Shown: one piece after another, positions 1 through 12,489 of the stretch | How positions within the stretch are numbered: position 1 is the first letter of the stretch | How the letters are laid out: every line of letters starts with the position of its first letter | From: Epiperipatus broadwayi | Taxonomy: Eukaryota; Animalia; Onychophora | Direction: 5' to 3' | Length of the DNA: 64,000 bases | Assembly (NCBI GenBank): GCA_028023455.1 | Contig: JAQFVV010000005.1 | Span: forward strand, 20,026,001 to 20,090,000 | The notes under the pieces: model-generated | What the model was told of the DNA's origin: nothing | The model's database searches: none | What the model saw: the letters and a program-made list of their open reading frames with translations, nothing else | Program-made: the position numbers and the translations under genes

Positions 1-1040
1 TATGAAAATAATTACTATACATATCAATTAGGGAATGTAGAATCAGTTAAAGTTTAAAATGGGGTGGAACTAAGGTAAGGATGCCCTACATCACCTATTT
101 TGTTTTTGTTGTATTTGAGAGAAATGGAAAGAGCAATAGAAAGACTAGAAAAAAGAGAGGTAGAGATACCATTAATAGGTAGCAAGGGAGTATATACATT
201 GATGGGTCTTTTACCTGCAGATGATGTCTTTTTGTGTGCAGAAAAAAGGGAAGATATGGAAGTTATGCTGAGGACATGCACAATGATAGGTGAATAGATG
301 GGGATTAAATTTAGTGAAGAAAAATTTAAAAGTAATGATGATTAATATTTTGTTGTAGGATATAAAGTTAAGTGTGGTGAATAGATATACCTATTTGGGA
401 ATTATCTTAAGTAATCAGAGAAATTTCTTGGATGAATGGTAGAAAAAATTGATAAATGAAGCAAAGAAAAGAAAGGGATTGATAAAGAAATTAACAGTGT
501 TTTTTTATAATAAATATAATGTTGCTAGAATTGTATGGAAGGGAGTGGCAGTAGCAGAGTTAACATATGGTAATGATGCATTATATATTAGTAAAGAGGT
601 ATTAGATTACTTAGAAAAAGTACAAAGAGAAGTAGGAAGACATGCATTAGATGCAGATATGTGGATGGCAAATGGAATGGTCAAGTTTTTATATGAGAGA
701 TGCAAAAATAAAAATGAAAATGTTTGGTAGATTGCAGTTTATGGATAATAAAAGAATAACTAAAATAGTATTTAATTGGTTATGAATAAAGGGCAGGCAA
801 TAAAATGGGTGAGAAAAATAATGGGACATTCAGAAGTTCAGATAAAGGATTTATGTCAGTATACTTATCAAAAGATGGGATGATTGTGTTAGGAGAATTG
901 TTGAATGTTATAGTGTTAAGGACTGGAATAGAAGCATTAAGACATAGCAGTAAGCAGAATATTGATTGTGAGTTAATTTATGATAATAGCAAAGAAAATA
1001 ATTTACTGTTTAAGGCTTGAATGGGATCTTTAGTAAAAAA
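1..1040 (+). mobile_element. Degenerate non-LTR retrotransposon (LINE) RT and C-terminal fragment, runs off window start
   Basis: ORF 100-297 has RT motif LLPADD (decayed YADD). ORF 449-730 reads VWKGVAVAELTYG..LEKVQREVGRHAL. ORF 805-1020 ends YDNSKENNLLFKA. Frames are broken. Confidence 0.7.
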
Positions 1041-1411
1041 AAGAATATACCCTTAGTACATTTATCACAGTTATATAGATAAGATTAAAATGTTCTGTTT
1101 AATTTACATTAAATCTTCAAAAAAATTTGTTAAAGCAATCAATTAAAAAAACCCATGGCCTTTATAAGCTGGGCACATCTAGTTTAATATGTTTTTTGAC
1201 TCTATACAGTTGTGGCTATCTATAAATACAAATACTCAGATACATTTCATGACATATTACTCATAAATAGTTGTTAATATATATAATACAATCAAAATTG
1301 TTGTTCTAGGCTCTGCTGTTGTTGTTTTCAGGTTTTGTATTAGGCAATAGTGGATGTTGGGAATGTCTGAGCTGGATTGGATTTCTATCTGAAGCTTATG
1401 CATTCTTCCTC

Positions 1412-2095
1412 TATTATTGCAATTATGTGAGTTTGTCATTAGTGTGGATGTGCATTGCTTGACCTATATCAGTTATCTGATCCTAATAAACTCCAGTCAT
1501 TATTCTTACACGATACTGTCATCTGCTCCTTGGTGTTTGTTCTTTGATCAGTTCTAATGATATCTTGGATGCTGTGGCTAAGATTGATTGCTACCTGAAA
1601 TCAAAAGTTATATGTTCATACAATATTACGATATGTGTTTGTATTATTTTACTACTTTCTGTGAAGCATATAGACCTGTGTAGCTACTTCTCAATATATT
1701 GCTTGATGTTATGTGTAATGATTTTGTGGTGTATCCTAGATTCTATGCTGACTCTTCTGATATCTGTTCATTACTATGGTTATCACTCATAATTCTTTTT
1801 CTTGTTGTACTGATCATAATATATGGTCTAGTTATAACTTTACACTGGTGCATACTGCAGTGTACTTTTATCCTGTATAACTACAGAGTATATAAACACT
1901 TTCTTTAGATTCAGAATACAAGTGGATCTTTTCAAAAGCAATCACATACTCTGACTACTTCTTTCACTTTACATTAAGGATCCTCATCATACAACTAATG
2001 TCTTTGCATCTGCCTAAATTTATGAACATTTGTTACTCTTTTACTAATCTTACACACACTTCCTTATGATTAGGAAAACCTTCCCATATACTACA
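1412..2095 (-). repeat. 3' LTR of Gypsy element (pairs with 7522-8146)
   Basis: Diverged direct repeat sharing e.g. gctgtggctaa(g/a)attga..atctgaaatcaaa and ttcccatata at the right end; polypurine tract adjacent on the minus strand. Confidence 0.6.
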
Positions 2096-2099
2096 TTTT

Positions 2100-3620
2100 T
2101 TCTCCAGGGCTTAAACTAGTTGTTTAATTTTCTTCACTTTTATTTATATCATAATTTTTAAAGATATTTGGATCATCATCATAGTCTTTAAACTGTATCT
2201 AAGTAATTGTCTTCTGACTTCCTCTGCATATATGTCTTCCTGATGGATTTGCCCATAAAAGTTATTGGTATCCATCCATTGTTGCTCTTTGTGCCTCTGA
2301 TGAAGCCTTCATTCTTTGTTTTTACCATTAGTATGTATTTTCCTTTAATTGCAGTTACTTACGCTGATATTTATTTATTTAAAGAATACTGGTCATCTAT
2401 TTTATACCTTGACATGCGTGTTCTTTCTCTTGGAGTCTGTAAACTTCCTATATCTGATAAATGGTTCCATTTTTTTGCTTCCAAACATCAATTCACTTGG
2501 AGATTTTCTAGTTGATGTCAATGGAGTTATGTGTTGATGGAACAGTACTCTTATTAACATTAATTGCCAGCCATTTTCTTCTGCATTTAGTAATGCCTTC
2601 TTCATCTCTGGTATATTTCTTTCAACTAACCCATTACTTTCTGGGTGGAATGATGGAACAATCTACTGTAATTGCATTTTTTTCATAAAACTTTTTAAAA
2701 TTCATTCGAGATTAAAGCAGTTCCATTATCCAAAGCAATTATTTCTGGTATGCTGACCACAGCAAATGCTCTTTGCAAGTGCATTCTTGATGATGCTGTG
2801 TCTACTTTATTTACTACACATACATCTAACAATTTGATGTAAGAATTGCTTAATAACTAAAAATTGTTTATCTTTTCAAGGGTCTGTGTGATTTATGAGT
2901 ATTCTTTACAATGGCCTTGTTGCTTCCAAAAAAGTCCTTAATTTTGGGTATACCTTTAACTCTAACCTATATTTGTTGCATTTCTCTATACATTTTCCTA
3001 CATTTTTATCTATCTCTTGTTACCATGAATACAATCAGGTGAGCATTTTTATTCTCATAATGCCCAGGCAATTGATATGTAATAGTTGAATTACTTTTGA
3101 ACTATGTTGTCGTGGAATGATCTCTCTAGAAACCCACTTAAATGAATTTTCTCTGCATTGATGATTATTTCTGCCTTTGTCATATTCCCACATGCACTGA
3201 AAATGGTATGGACTTCAACTATCCTTCGCATATCTATTTCTGTGAAATACTATATTTTCATAAGATTTCATCCATTTTGCAACTATATACCATTTATATA
3301 TTCATTGTTTGCTAAATCTACCATATTGGTAGCTATACCAGTTGCTTTTGACACATCTGGTTACTTAATATGGGCATCCACATGGAAATTATGTTTCCTG
3401 TCTGCCTAACTTTGCAAGCAGTTGGTTTGATTATATTTATACATAATTTTTCTGGAGACCTAATATAATTGCCTAAACCTGGCTTAAAAATCCCTGGGTA
3501 ATGGCTTCTATAAATCTCAATGCTCTTACCACTATATATAATTTTATTTGTATGTATTACAACATAAACTAAAAATTTAATCAGATTTCTAGCAGATTGC
3601 TGTGATCTTCCATAGTTATC
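2100..3620 (-). pseudogene. Gypsy RNase H + integrase remnant
   Basis: Minus-strand motifs include IIPRQHSSKVIQLLHINCLGIMRIK (zinc-binding region), IPEIIALDNGTALISNEF, SNGLVERN and ITPLTSTRKSPSELMFG (rve core; last in ORF 2402-2605). Contains stops and frameshifts. Confidence 0.8.
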
Positions 3621-3633
3621 ATTAGTGGTAGTT

Positions 3634-3748
3634 TTTTTTTCCCCATATGTCATGGCATAGTCCAGGAGACGAATCTGCAACAACCACCTGCAACCAACTG
3701 CTTGCTTGCAAGGCAGCTGCACTGACCTCTCAGCTATCAACACTTGAC
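3634..3748 (-). mobile_element. tRNA-derived SINE (~115 bp) with 16 bp TSD
   Basis: Perfect direct repeat ATCATTAGTGGTAGTT at 3618-3633 and 3749-3764; A-rich tail; decayed Pol III A/B boxes; homologous to 18345-18448. Confidence 0.8.
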
Positions 3749-3799
3749 ATCATTAGTGGTAGTTGTGTCATATTTATTCCTCACTTTACATTAAGTTTA

Positions 3800-5260
3800 G
3801 CTTATCCCAAAACTTTTATTAATTTTTCTTGATAATCATATATTTTTTTTATAGAAGAAACTAGTTTTACTTTTTTATTTTTAAGTATCTACTTCCAGCA
3901 TTTCCATTCATTACTATGAATACTAATCATTCCAAGTCTATTACTATAATGATAGCTCTCATGTTTTATATCACTGCTGCTTTATTTATAATCCCTTTTA
4001 ATTATGCATAATATGTAAAACAGTTCATTGAAATATTCTATCTGTGTGATAATTGAATGCTATTTTCTTTTTCTCTTTTTATCATATTTTTGTGGTTCTT
4101 TTAATTTCTTTTATCATCATGTTTTATGCATGTCAAGTTGACTGACCATGGATCAAAGCTGCTGACTCTTATGATCCCAAATCATGGTTTTCTATTCTAG
4201 GTTACCTTTAGAATTTGTACTATGATACTCTTGTTGTGATATTGATTTTTGATTCACCATAATGTACAGTTGTGCAATCTGGGATGTTGCATTGGATCTC
4301 ATATACTATCCTTGGCATCTCTTTCTTTGGTAATCTATTCTTTGTATTATTTATCAGACTATTGAGATTTGCTAGCACATGAAAGCTTACATTATATTTT
4401 GTTTTGCAGGTATTTTTTATTTTATTCACCAGTTTTGAAATATAAGGCATGATGGTTTTATGTTGTTTGTGGTTTTACATTTTGCTTTACTTTTTTTATT
4501 GATTTTTTAAAATTTCTCTCATCAATATTTCTTTGTCATATCCTATATTACATAGATCTTTCAAATATTCATCTATGTTGTTTTTCCTGCCTTCTTCATA
4601 TTTACAAAGCATTTGATTTCTATTAAGAAATTCCTTAAAACATGCTAATTGGAGTGACATTGATGTTTTAGATTGTGAATGAATAGTGCCTCTTATCTGG
4701 AATAGTTTTATCACCATTTTATAATCCAAGTTATTTTATTCTTTTAAATAACATGTCTATATATTTTGCAGTATATGTTATTTCATTTTCTATTGTCCAT
4801 GTTAATGATGATTCTTTAGCCAGTAAGTTGCACATTTCTATAATTATTTCTTCAGGAACACATATTAGTACATCATTAACATGTCTTTTATATATTATGT
4901 TCTAATTCTTCACTTTTGATTCTGATATTAGTTTCTGTTTTGTGAGTTCCAGGATATATATAATTTCATTGCTAGGCAGCCTCATTGCCCATGCATTTTC
5001 CATTCTGTAATATTCTCTATCAAATTTTTCTGATATGTCTTTGTCAAGCCAGATGAGTTCTATAATAAACTGGCTTTATTGTTGATTATATCCACTTTTA
5101 TTCAATAGGTTTTTTATGATATTTATAGACGTTTTAGTCATATAGAGCCATATAACTCTGTTGTGTCTAGTAAGGCCAGTTTGTATTTTTCTTAATGTGT
5201 GCATTTTTTTATAGATTGAAGAAGTTGAAGGATGATTGTGACAAAAACCACTTCATAAAG
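3800..5260 (-). mobile_element. Penelope-like element remnant (RT core, thumb, GIY-YIG) nested in Gypsy
   Basis: ORF 4220-4450 reads IVYEIQCNIPDCTTVHYGESK (GIY-YIG); ORF 4496-4729 is thumb-like; upstream FDREYYRMENAWAMRLPS and YKRHVNDV are decayed GxAMGSP and YVDD motifs. Confidence 0.75.
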
Positions 5261-5418
5261 CATATAATATGTGCATACATATCCAAAACAATTAACATAT
5301 ACAAATGAAGGAAAAATTAATATTTAATTGTATCTGTCAACACTAATGCTATTTTTTTTTAAGTTTTTACATTCACTTTTTTATAGTTTCATTCTTTTGA
5401 CTTAAACCTACTACTTTT

Positions 5419-6000
5419 TTAACTCATCTTATTTTTACCTGAGAATTGTATAGATTCTTTATTTTTACCTGAGAATTGTATAGATTCTTTTGTGCTAACA
5501 TGCTTTTTTACTAACTTACATGCTGATTTAATATGACCCTGCTTTTTATAGTACAAGAAAAGGCTTTCATTAAATCTACACATCTCAGAACTATGGTTAC
5601 TTTTGCACCTAAAGCACCTATTATTTATGAAGCACTTATACCCCCCCCCCCATAGACTGATTCTGTTCATGGATTTTACTTCCCAAATTCTGTGAACTAG
5701 AACTGGAGATTGTTTTGATGCTTCTTCACTTAACCAAGCTAAAGCTATTGCTCTCTGAAATGTTGATGAATAATTTATCAACAATCTTAAGTGAAGGGTA
5801 TGATTTATCACATCATAAATGAATTTGTCCCAACTTAATACCTCATTTAAAAAAGTCCAAAGTTGCATTTGTTTGCCTGATTTCTTAGTTCAGTTGCGTG
5901 CTCTACTAATGTCTTGCAATTCAATTAGTTGTGGGATTTCCCCTCTTTTCTTCCAATAAGTAAGCTTGTGGTTTTAAGACCTGTAGATGTCCCTACTATC
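5419..6000 (-). pseudogene. Gypsy gag remnant
   Basis: ORF 5419-5868 contains CFRCKSNH..C....KKQGHIKSAC (zinc knuckles) and RLLINYSSTFQRAIALA; a 30 bp tandem duplication at 5429-5490 lies in its 3' end. Confidence 0.75.
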
Positions 6001-6266
6001 GCATTTTATACACATGTGCTTGAGGTTACAGCCTTAATAAATATTATTTACATAATCAATGTGCGTTTAAATAAATTTATAATTGACTATTGAGTAAAAT
6101 ACTCATTCAATGTTTTTATGCTTTCTCAAAAGTTAAATCAGATGTTTCCATGGGAACTGCCTGAGGTACCAATATTTTATATGTTGCTGCTTTACATAAA
6201 GTAAGAAATGTCATAGATTTTAGTACTGACCTAATTTCATTTGAGACAATTTAGAATTTAAATCTC

Positions 6267-6667
6267 AAAACAAAGCAAAACTCTCCATATAGTAATGCCA
6301 TCTTGTGCTAACAAGAGCAATCAATGGATGCCAGAAGGCTTGTGCATAAAATCCATATCTAGTGCCTACTCATCCAATATCCCCAGACTAGTTTCTGGCT
6401 TGTGGCCTTCATCAGTGAGGAGCCTTGGATCAGAGAGCACTGCACCTAGATCTTAGGATCTAATGCAACCCTCCAGCACCCACCTTTTAACTCTATTTAA
6501 CTAGAAAACTATGAGAATGAAATTGAAAACACAATTAATATTTTCAATCCAAGCTCAATAGCTTATATAGTCATATGGGTCTGAACTCAATTCAGCACCC
6601 ATACATTTTGGTGTCTTTGGCTCTTTATGTGCTAGTATGAGATAGTGATCATGTGATGTTTAGTAAT
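6267..6667 (-). mobile_element. Non-coding HHR-bearing element, family 2, copy A
   Basis: Homologous to 15133-15468 and 36183-36480; flanked by ttaa(a/g)tctc at 6258-6266 and 6668-6676; carries HHR at 6381-6420. Confidence 0.8.
6381..6420 (-). ncRNA. Minimal type I hammerhead ribozyme motif (family 2)
   Basis: Minus strand CCTCA CTGATGA A GGC cacaa GCC A GAAA CTAGTC TGGGG: complete core, 3 bp stem II, palindromic stem III ACTAGT, GUC site, 5 bp stem I. Confidence 0.8.
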
Positions 6668-6865
6668 TTAAGTCTCTCTACATATTGCCTCCATAACTCA
6701 AATTGTCCAATATCAAATTCTTAAAAATTATTTTATTAACCATTCCTATTCTTTACTAAGTACAAAAAAATTGTTACTATTGTTTCAGCTTTTACCTGAC
6801 ATGTCCCTCTTGATCCAGTCAATTCCTTAATTTTGAGTCTTTCTTTTTTTCTTCTTGTTCTAGGG

Positions 6866-7295
6866 CAGGGATGCCCAACCCATAGCTCGCGAGTTACATG
6901 TGGCTCGCGCAACCGTTTAATGTGGCTTGCATTGCACTCTTCAAGAAAAATTGATAAAATATTTTATGTTCCTTGACGCCACATGCACACACTAAAAAAT
7001 AAATATTTTTACAATAAAAACGATATGCAGTGTCAGGTTTCACATTAAATAAAATAATTAAAATATACTTTTCCTGTAATTGTAATTTATATGTATGTTA
7101 CCAAATTTTTAATAAATAAATATAAATAAAATGTATTTACATTTTTTTTCTTTTTAACATATTACACCAGTTTTTTTTTAGTTTGTGAATTATGTTTATA
7201 AATGTAATATGAAAAATGCAATATATAATTGTGGCTCCTCAAATTTTTTTAAATTCTCAACTGGCTCGCGTCAAGTTAAAGGTTCGGTATCCCTG
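6866..7295. mobile_element. Non-autonomous hAT (Charlie/Buster-like) MITE, 430 bp
   Basis: TIRs CAGGGATGCCCAACC / GGTTCGGTATCCCTG; perfect 8 bp TSD TTCTAGGG (6858-6865, 7296-7303); subterminal GGCTCGCG motifs; CpGs retained, so probably young. Confidence 0.9.
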
Positions 7296-7521
7296 TTCTA
7301 GGGGATCCTATTAATTGCATCAAATTTATTGTGTTCAGACTTTCTGAGCAATTGCTTAGATACAATTCATTATTTATTATTCATAAATGTTTACATTAAT
7401 ATATATATATACACACACACAATCATTGCAATTCTTGGTCTTGCTGTTGCTAACTCCAGGTTCCAGGTTAAGCAACAGTGAATGTCAGGAACATTGCCTG
7501 CCTGAATCATATCTCACCATC

Positions 7522-8146
7522 TGTATTACCCCAGCTGTGTGAGCTTGTTGTCCATGTGTTATGCATGTTGCTTAACTTCTGTTAATTCTCCAATGCTAAT
7601 AGATTTTAGTCATCATTCTGGTTACCTGATACTGAATCTGCTCTCTGATGTCTGTTCTCTAATCAGTTCTTTTAATGTATTGGCTGCTGTGGCTAAAATT
7701 GACCATTATCTGAAATCAAACATTATATGCACATACAATATTGTTAACATGTGAGCATATTACCTCACTGCATGTAGACCTGTATAGTTACTTCCGGTAT
7801 ATTGTTTGGCATTATTTATAATGGTCTTGTGGAGGTTCATCCTTATTTCTATGTTGACTGTTTTGATATCTGCATATGCTATGATTAGCATTTATAAACA
7901 TGTTCTCGTTATATGAACACCATATGTGGCTTCATTATGACTTCTTACTGGTATATACTATAGCATACTCTTCTTTTAGATTCATTGGCAAATGTATTTT
8001 CATGAAAACATTCATTCACTCTGACTACATTTCTCGTGCAACTAATGTATTTGTGTATTTGGATAAACTATTAACATCCTTTATTTTTTTACTTGTATTA
8101 TATTGCACACACTAATTTATGATTAGCAAAACTCTTCCCATATACA
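7522..8146 (-). repeat. 5' LTR of Gypsy element
   Basis: TG...CA ends (tgtatta...catataca); homologous to 1412-2095; followed on the minus strand by a PBS-like TGGTGAGA. Confidence 0.6.
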
Positions 8147-8366
8147 ATTACTAAATCCAACCCTCTGCTATATAGAAATTGGAAAATCTAGAGTATAATG
8201 TTTTTTTTCATTATTTGGAGGCTATTAAGAAATTTTTGTTCTACATCAGCTATTTAAATAACGTTTTTGCATTTTTGCATGTTAAGAATGAATGAATCTA
8301 AGTGTCCTTTATTAGCTCATTATTTAACTAAGACATAGGATGTTATTTAATAATCAAATTCTAAGA

Positions 8367-8511
8367 CAAAGCAAAACTCTCCATACAGTATTGCCACCCT
8401 GTGCCAACCAGAGTAATCAGTGAATGCCAGAAGGCTTGTATAGAGAGTTTTGCTTTGTTTATAAACAATTATGTGCTAGTATAAGATAGTGATCATGTGA
8501 TGCTTAATAGT
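8367..8511. mobile_element. Family 2 element, miniature foldback copy B (no HHR)
   Basis: Inverted arms caaagcaaaactctccata / tatagagagttttgctttg plus the family tail; 13 bp direct repeat TCAAATTCTAAGA at 8354-8366 and 8512-8524. Confidence 0.75.
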
Positions 8512-9320
8512 TCAAATTCTAAGATGTGAATTATAACAAGTTTTACAGGATAGGTTCAGAGGAATCCTCTTTATCACTACTCCAAGTCCCAACATAACTG
8601 GTCATGAATCTTATTTATATTAAGTAGAAGATTGCATTTTTCTATATCATAATTATATATAAATTAACAGAAAGTTCAAAAAAATGACAGGAATATCTAC
8701 AATGTCTTTATTAATTTAGCATATGAAATCTCTTATATTAAGAACTGGTTGTATTGATATGAGGAAGAGAATTTGAACATTATATTCTATTTGAAAATGT
8801 CTGCCAACAAAAAATGATCGAAAAATAACCTGCTAAAAGAGAGTGGGAGAGAAAATGAAAGAGGGCTATTATGACCACAGAAAATGAAAATCCCTTTTTA
8901 TAATATCATTTTCCAGAATTAGGAAACCATAAGAGCTGATTTGTTAGAATACTGTATTGCGACTTATTTAAAAAAAAAAAGACAATAATTATATGAGTGC
9001 ACATAACATGAAATACAGAACAAATAAAGATATAAAAGTTTATATCTTTTAAAATATTTTGGTTAATTAAACTCAATATAAAAAAGGTGATTTTATTTTA
9101 TTTTCTTATATCCTCAAAATTGTCAATATACCTTTTTGCCTGAGAGTAATATACTTTTTTTTGTATTTGTTTGATTTATTTGCACATACATTTTTTTATT
9201 GGGGAGGTGAACTTTACCCATTGCCTAATGGAAAGTTAATTGTGAGGTAATTGAAATTAAAAATGTATTTGTAGTTAAGATTATTTTTTGGTTCTAATAA
9301 ATTATTAGTTTGATTACCTT

Positions 9321-9390
9321 GGGTGATTTGGTGCAATTGATAGAACACCTGACTTAGGATCAGGAGGTCCCACAATTGACTCTGGTGCTC
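9321..9390 (+). repeat. Degenerate tRNA-like/SINE head
   Basis: ggtgcaattgatagaacacctgacttaggatcaggaggtccc resembles a tRNA D-arm and anticodon arm; T-loop/B box degraded. Confidence 0.3.
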
Positions 9391-9927
9391 AAACATCTTT
9401 TGAACTCCTTAACAATAAAGTCATTAACATTTTTTCCTATTGGTTTGATTTAAATTTAATATTACAGATATGTCTTTCTTTCTTGTTCTATGTTGCATTT
9501 TAAAATAGATATAAAATATTGTAATTGAAGAAATAAATATAGTATGTGTGCGATTTCTAAAATTAATCATCCTAATGTAAATTAAGTAGATAAAAACTAA
9601 CATTATGGGTGATAACTAATCTGTCATGTCATGATGAAAATGCTATAAGGTGTATTATGGTTGGCACTCATTAATATACAAATCTTCATCATCACATGAC
9701 CCAAAGGCTAAATGGCAGAACTGTATAAAGAAATTTAATTGATCTGTCAATCAAAAGAATATATATCTGGTGTATATAGATGATCATTATATTTGATTGC
9801 CCAAGAGGAGCCTGATTAGATCCTATATGGGGTATCCGATCTTCTACAGTATATTAAAAGATTTGTATTTCTTTTTAAACAATCACTCAAGGTTTAACAC
9901 ATACTAAGATCTTTGATTTGTTTATAA

Positions 9928-10038
9928 TAAACATTCTTATATGTAGATATAGGATTTTTGCAACATATATTAAGTAATTCACTAAACATTCTTATATGTA
10001 GATATAGGATTTTTGCAACATATATTAAGTAATTCACT
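9928..10038. repeat. Perfect 55 bp tandem duplication
   Basis: taaacattcttatatgtagatatagg...taagtaattcac occurs twice with period 55. Confidence 0.95.
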
Positions 10039-10351
10039 CAACTAAGTAGCATCAATATATTTAATGCATATTTTTATAGCATAAGCATAATTTATTATTT
10101 TATCAGCATTTAATATATTAGAAATATCCAACTTCAGCAGAATAAATGTTTTTATGTTTATTATTATTTTTTATAAAATTATTTAATTTAGTAATAAATT
10201 CAATGAGTTAGTAATACTATTTCCATTGCCAATTACTTGATATTTTTTAAATGATTGAAAATGATGATGATGATGATGATTCTTATATGTAGATATAAAT
10301 GAATTTAAAATATCAACTCATTTTTTCTTTTCAAAATAGTTCATAATTTTC

Positions 10352-11555
10352 CATAGATGTCAATGAATACATCAAACTTCTTTTTAAAACTTGTTTTTAT
10401 ATGACTATAATTAAAATAAAATATTTCCAATGTTTCAACTATTTTATATAGTCTTTTTCAAGGAACACTAAAAAATAAAAAAAAATAAAAAAGTAAAAAT
10501 ATATAATAATAAATATCACATATTCCAAACAAATGCAAAAATATTAAAAAATACTAAAAATCCTCTTCACCTCGACACCCTTTTCTATTAAAAACAATCT
10601 CAACTTAATCAAATTTTTACATTTATATACCCATCCAAAAAATACCTAAAAACATTTAATTAACAAACCTATTATTTTCTTTTTTCTTTTCTACCAACAT
10701 CCAGTTTAATTCAGGTTTAATTTCACTAATGTAAATTCCTTCCTTTATCATTCTTTCATGGTATGACTTTATACCTTCTAAAGATTTATTTCAAAGTCAT
10801 TATGTTTAAATTTATTCATATGATTGTAAATAGCAGAATTTTTATCACTTAAATGCTGTTTTAATCTAATTTCCAATTTATTCTTTGTAGTTCCAACATA
10901 TGACATCTCTATATTCTTTCTAAAACAATTCAAACATTATAGAGATATTATATGCTGGGACTACAAAGAATAAATTGGAAACTAGGTTAAAACAGCATTT
11001 AAGTGATAAAAATTCTGCTATTTACAATCATATGAATGAATTTAACCATAAAGATTTTGAAATAAAACCTTTAGAATGTATAAAGTCATACTATGAAAGA
11101 ATGATAAAGGAAGGAATTTATATTAGTGAAAATAAACCTGAATTAAACAGGATGTTAATAGAAAAATATAGGTTTGTTAATTAAATGCTTAAAGATATTT
11201 TTTTGAATGGGTATATAAATATAAAAATTTGATTAAGTTGAGATTGTTTGTAATAGAAAAAGGTGTTGAGATAAAGAGAATTTTTAGGATTTTTTAATAT
11301 TTTTACCTGTTTGGAATATGTGATATTTATTATTATATATTTGTAGTCTCAACATATGACATCACTATATTTTTTCTAAACAATTCAAATATTATATATT
11401 TGTACTTTTATTTATTTTTATATTTTTTTAGTGTTCCTTGAAAAAGACTATATATATAAAGTAGTCGAAACATTGGATGTATTTTATTTTTTATTATAGT
11501 CATATAAAAACAAGTTTTTAAAAGAAAAAGTTTGCTGTATTCATTGACATATATG
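10352..11555. mobile_element. Palindromic Penelope-like remnant (two inverted 5'-truncated 3' ends)
   Basis: Arms ~10352-10913 and ~10938-11555 are reverse complements around a ~24 bp spacer. The + arm encodes YAGTTKNKLETRLKQHLSDKNSAIYNHMNEFNH..ERMIKEGIYISENKPELNR (GIY-YIG C-terminal half). Confidence 0.85.
11434..11477 (+). ncRNA. Hammerhead-like motif, U3/A8 core variant (family 1); mirror copy 10425-10465 (-)
   Basis: TTCC TTGAAAA A GACTA tatatataaag TAGTC GAAA CATT GGA: stem II GACTA/TAGTC and stem I TCC/GGA; stem III AACATT would be palindromic AACGTT before one CpG transition. Confidence 0.6.
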
Positions 11556-11899
11556 CAGATATAATATTTAGATATAATCATCTAATTAGATGTAATTTTA
11601 AAATACATATTTTTGTTGGTCTTAATAGAATTTTTATTTTATGAATTTTAGACTGACCATATATATGTATTAATATTCATTCTTTTTAATTTAAACACAG
11701 TAAAATTTATTTATATAATTTATGTTATATAATTTAGTTTCTATTATATTTATATTTTATTATCAGACATTTTTTTATCTTTATTCATTTTTATAAAAAT
11801 GTTCATTTATTATTTGTTCTATTTTTATATCATAAATACTTTTAATTCATAATAATTGTTTGAAAAATATTATGGTTTATAAATTTACAAATATCATTC

Positions 11900-12070
11900 G
11901 TTATCATCATCATCATTTTCAATCATTATTGATCCATTGTGATATTAATCTAGTTTTTATGAACCATACAACCTTCTTTACATTCCTGCAAACGTCCTTA
12001 TTTTCATTCATCCATTTCACTTGCGGTCTCTTTCTAGGTCTTTCAGTCTCTCTTAAAATCTGGTTTGAGA
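11900..12070 (-). mobile_element. RTE LINE 3' fragment
   Basis: Minus strand RPRKRPQVKWMNE; (CAT)n tail; same family as 14365-14822. Confidence 0.7.
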
Positions 12071-12489
12071 CTTTAATTGTGTATCAATTATTATCTAGAA
12101 ATATATTTTTTTTTTGCTATTTTTTGATTTGTATATTTTTATTTTATGTTTCAAATACATTTTTGAATTATGCTTGACAAAAATTATAGAAAATAAATGA
12201 AGATTATGAATATTGTGTGTGTATAAAATTCAGTAAAAAGTATAAAAAGTTTTTTCAAAAGAAAGACTGATACAATTTATATATATATAAAATTAAAGCA
12301 AATATATTTGATTAATCTTTATTTATTACTCATTATATTGGTAGATTATTGATCAGCAAGCAGTCGTCCAACATATCTGTTGGACATACATCATATAAAT
12401 GCACATGCATGTACACACATCCTGTTAACTGCTGCTAAAATGATTATTTGAAGATTTTATTAATATTCGTTTTTTAAAACTTAAGTTGA

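Larger units (their letters stand above)
1412..8146 (-). mobile_element. Decayed Gypsy/Ty3 LTR retrotransposon with nested insertions
   Basis: Homologous direct repeats at both ends. Gag zinc knuckle at 5419-5868 and RNase H/integrase at ~2100-3620 lie on the minus strand. PBS-like TGGTGAGA (7512-7519, -) and PPT-like GGAGAAAAAA (~2096-2105, -) flank the LTRs. Confidence 0.75.

Noticed and set aside
3895-3940. Possible decayed HHR at the 3' end of the PLE (ATTCAT/ATGAAT stem followed by GAAA)
   Set aside because: The 5' core and spacing do not fit; too degenerate to call.
9928-10038. Direct repeats as a CRISPR-like array
   Set aside because: Two adjacent identical 55-mers without spacers, in a eukaryotic context.
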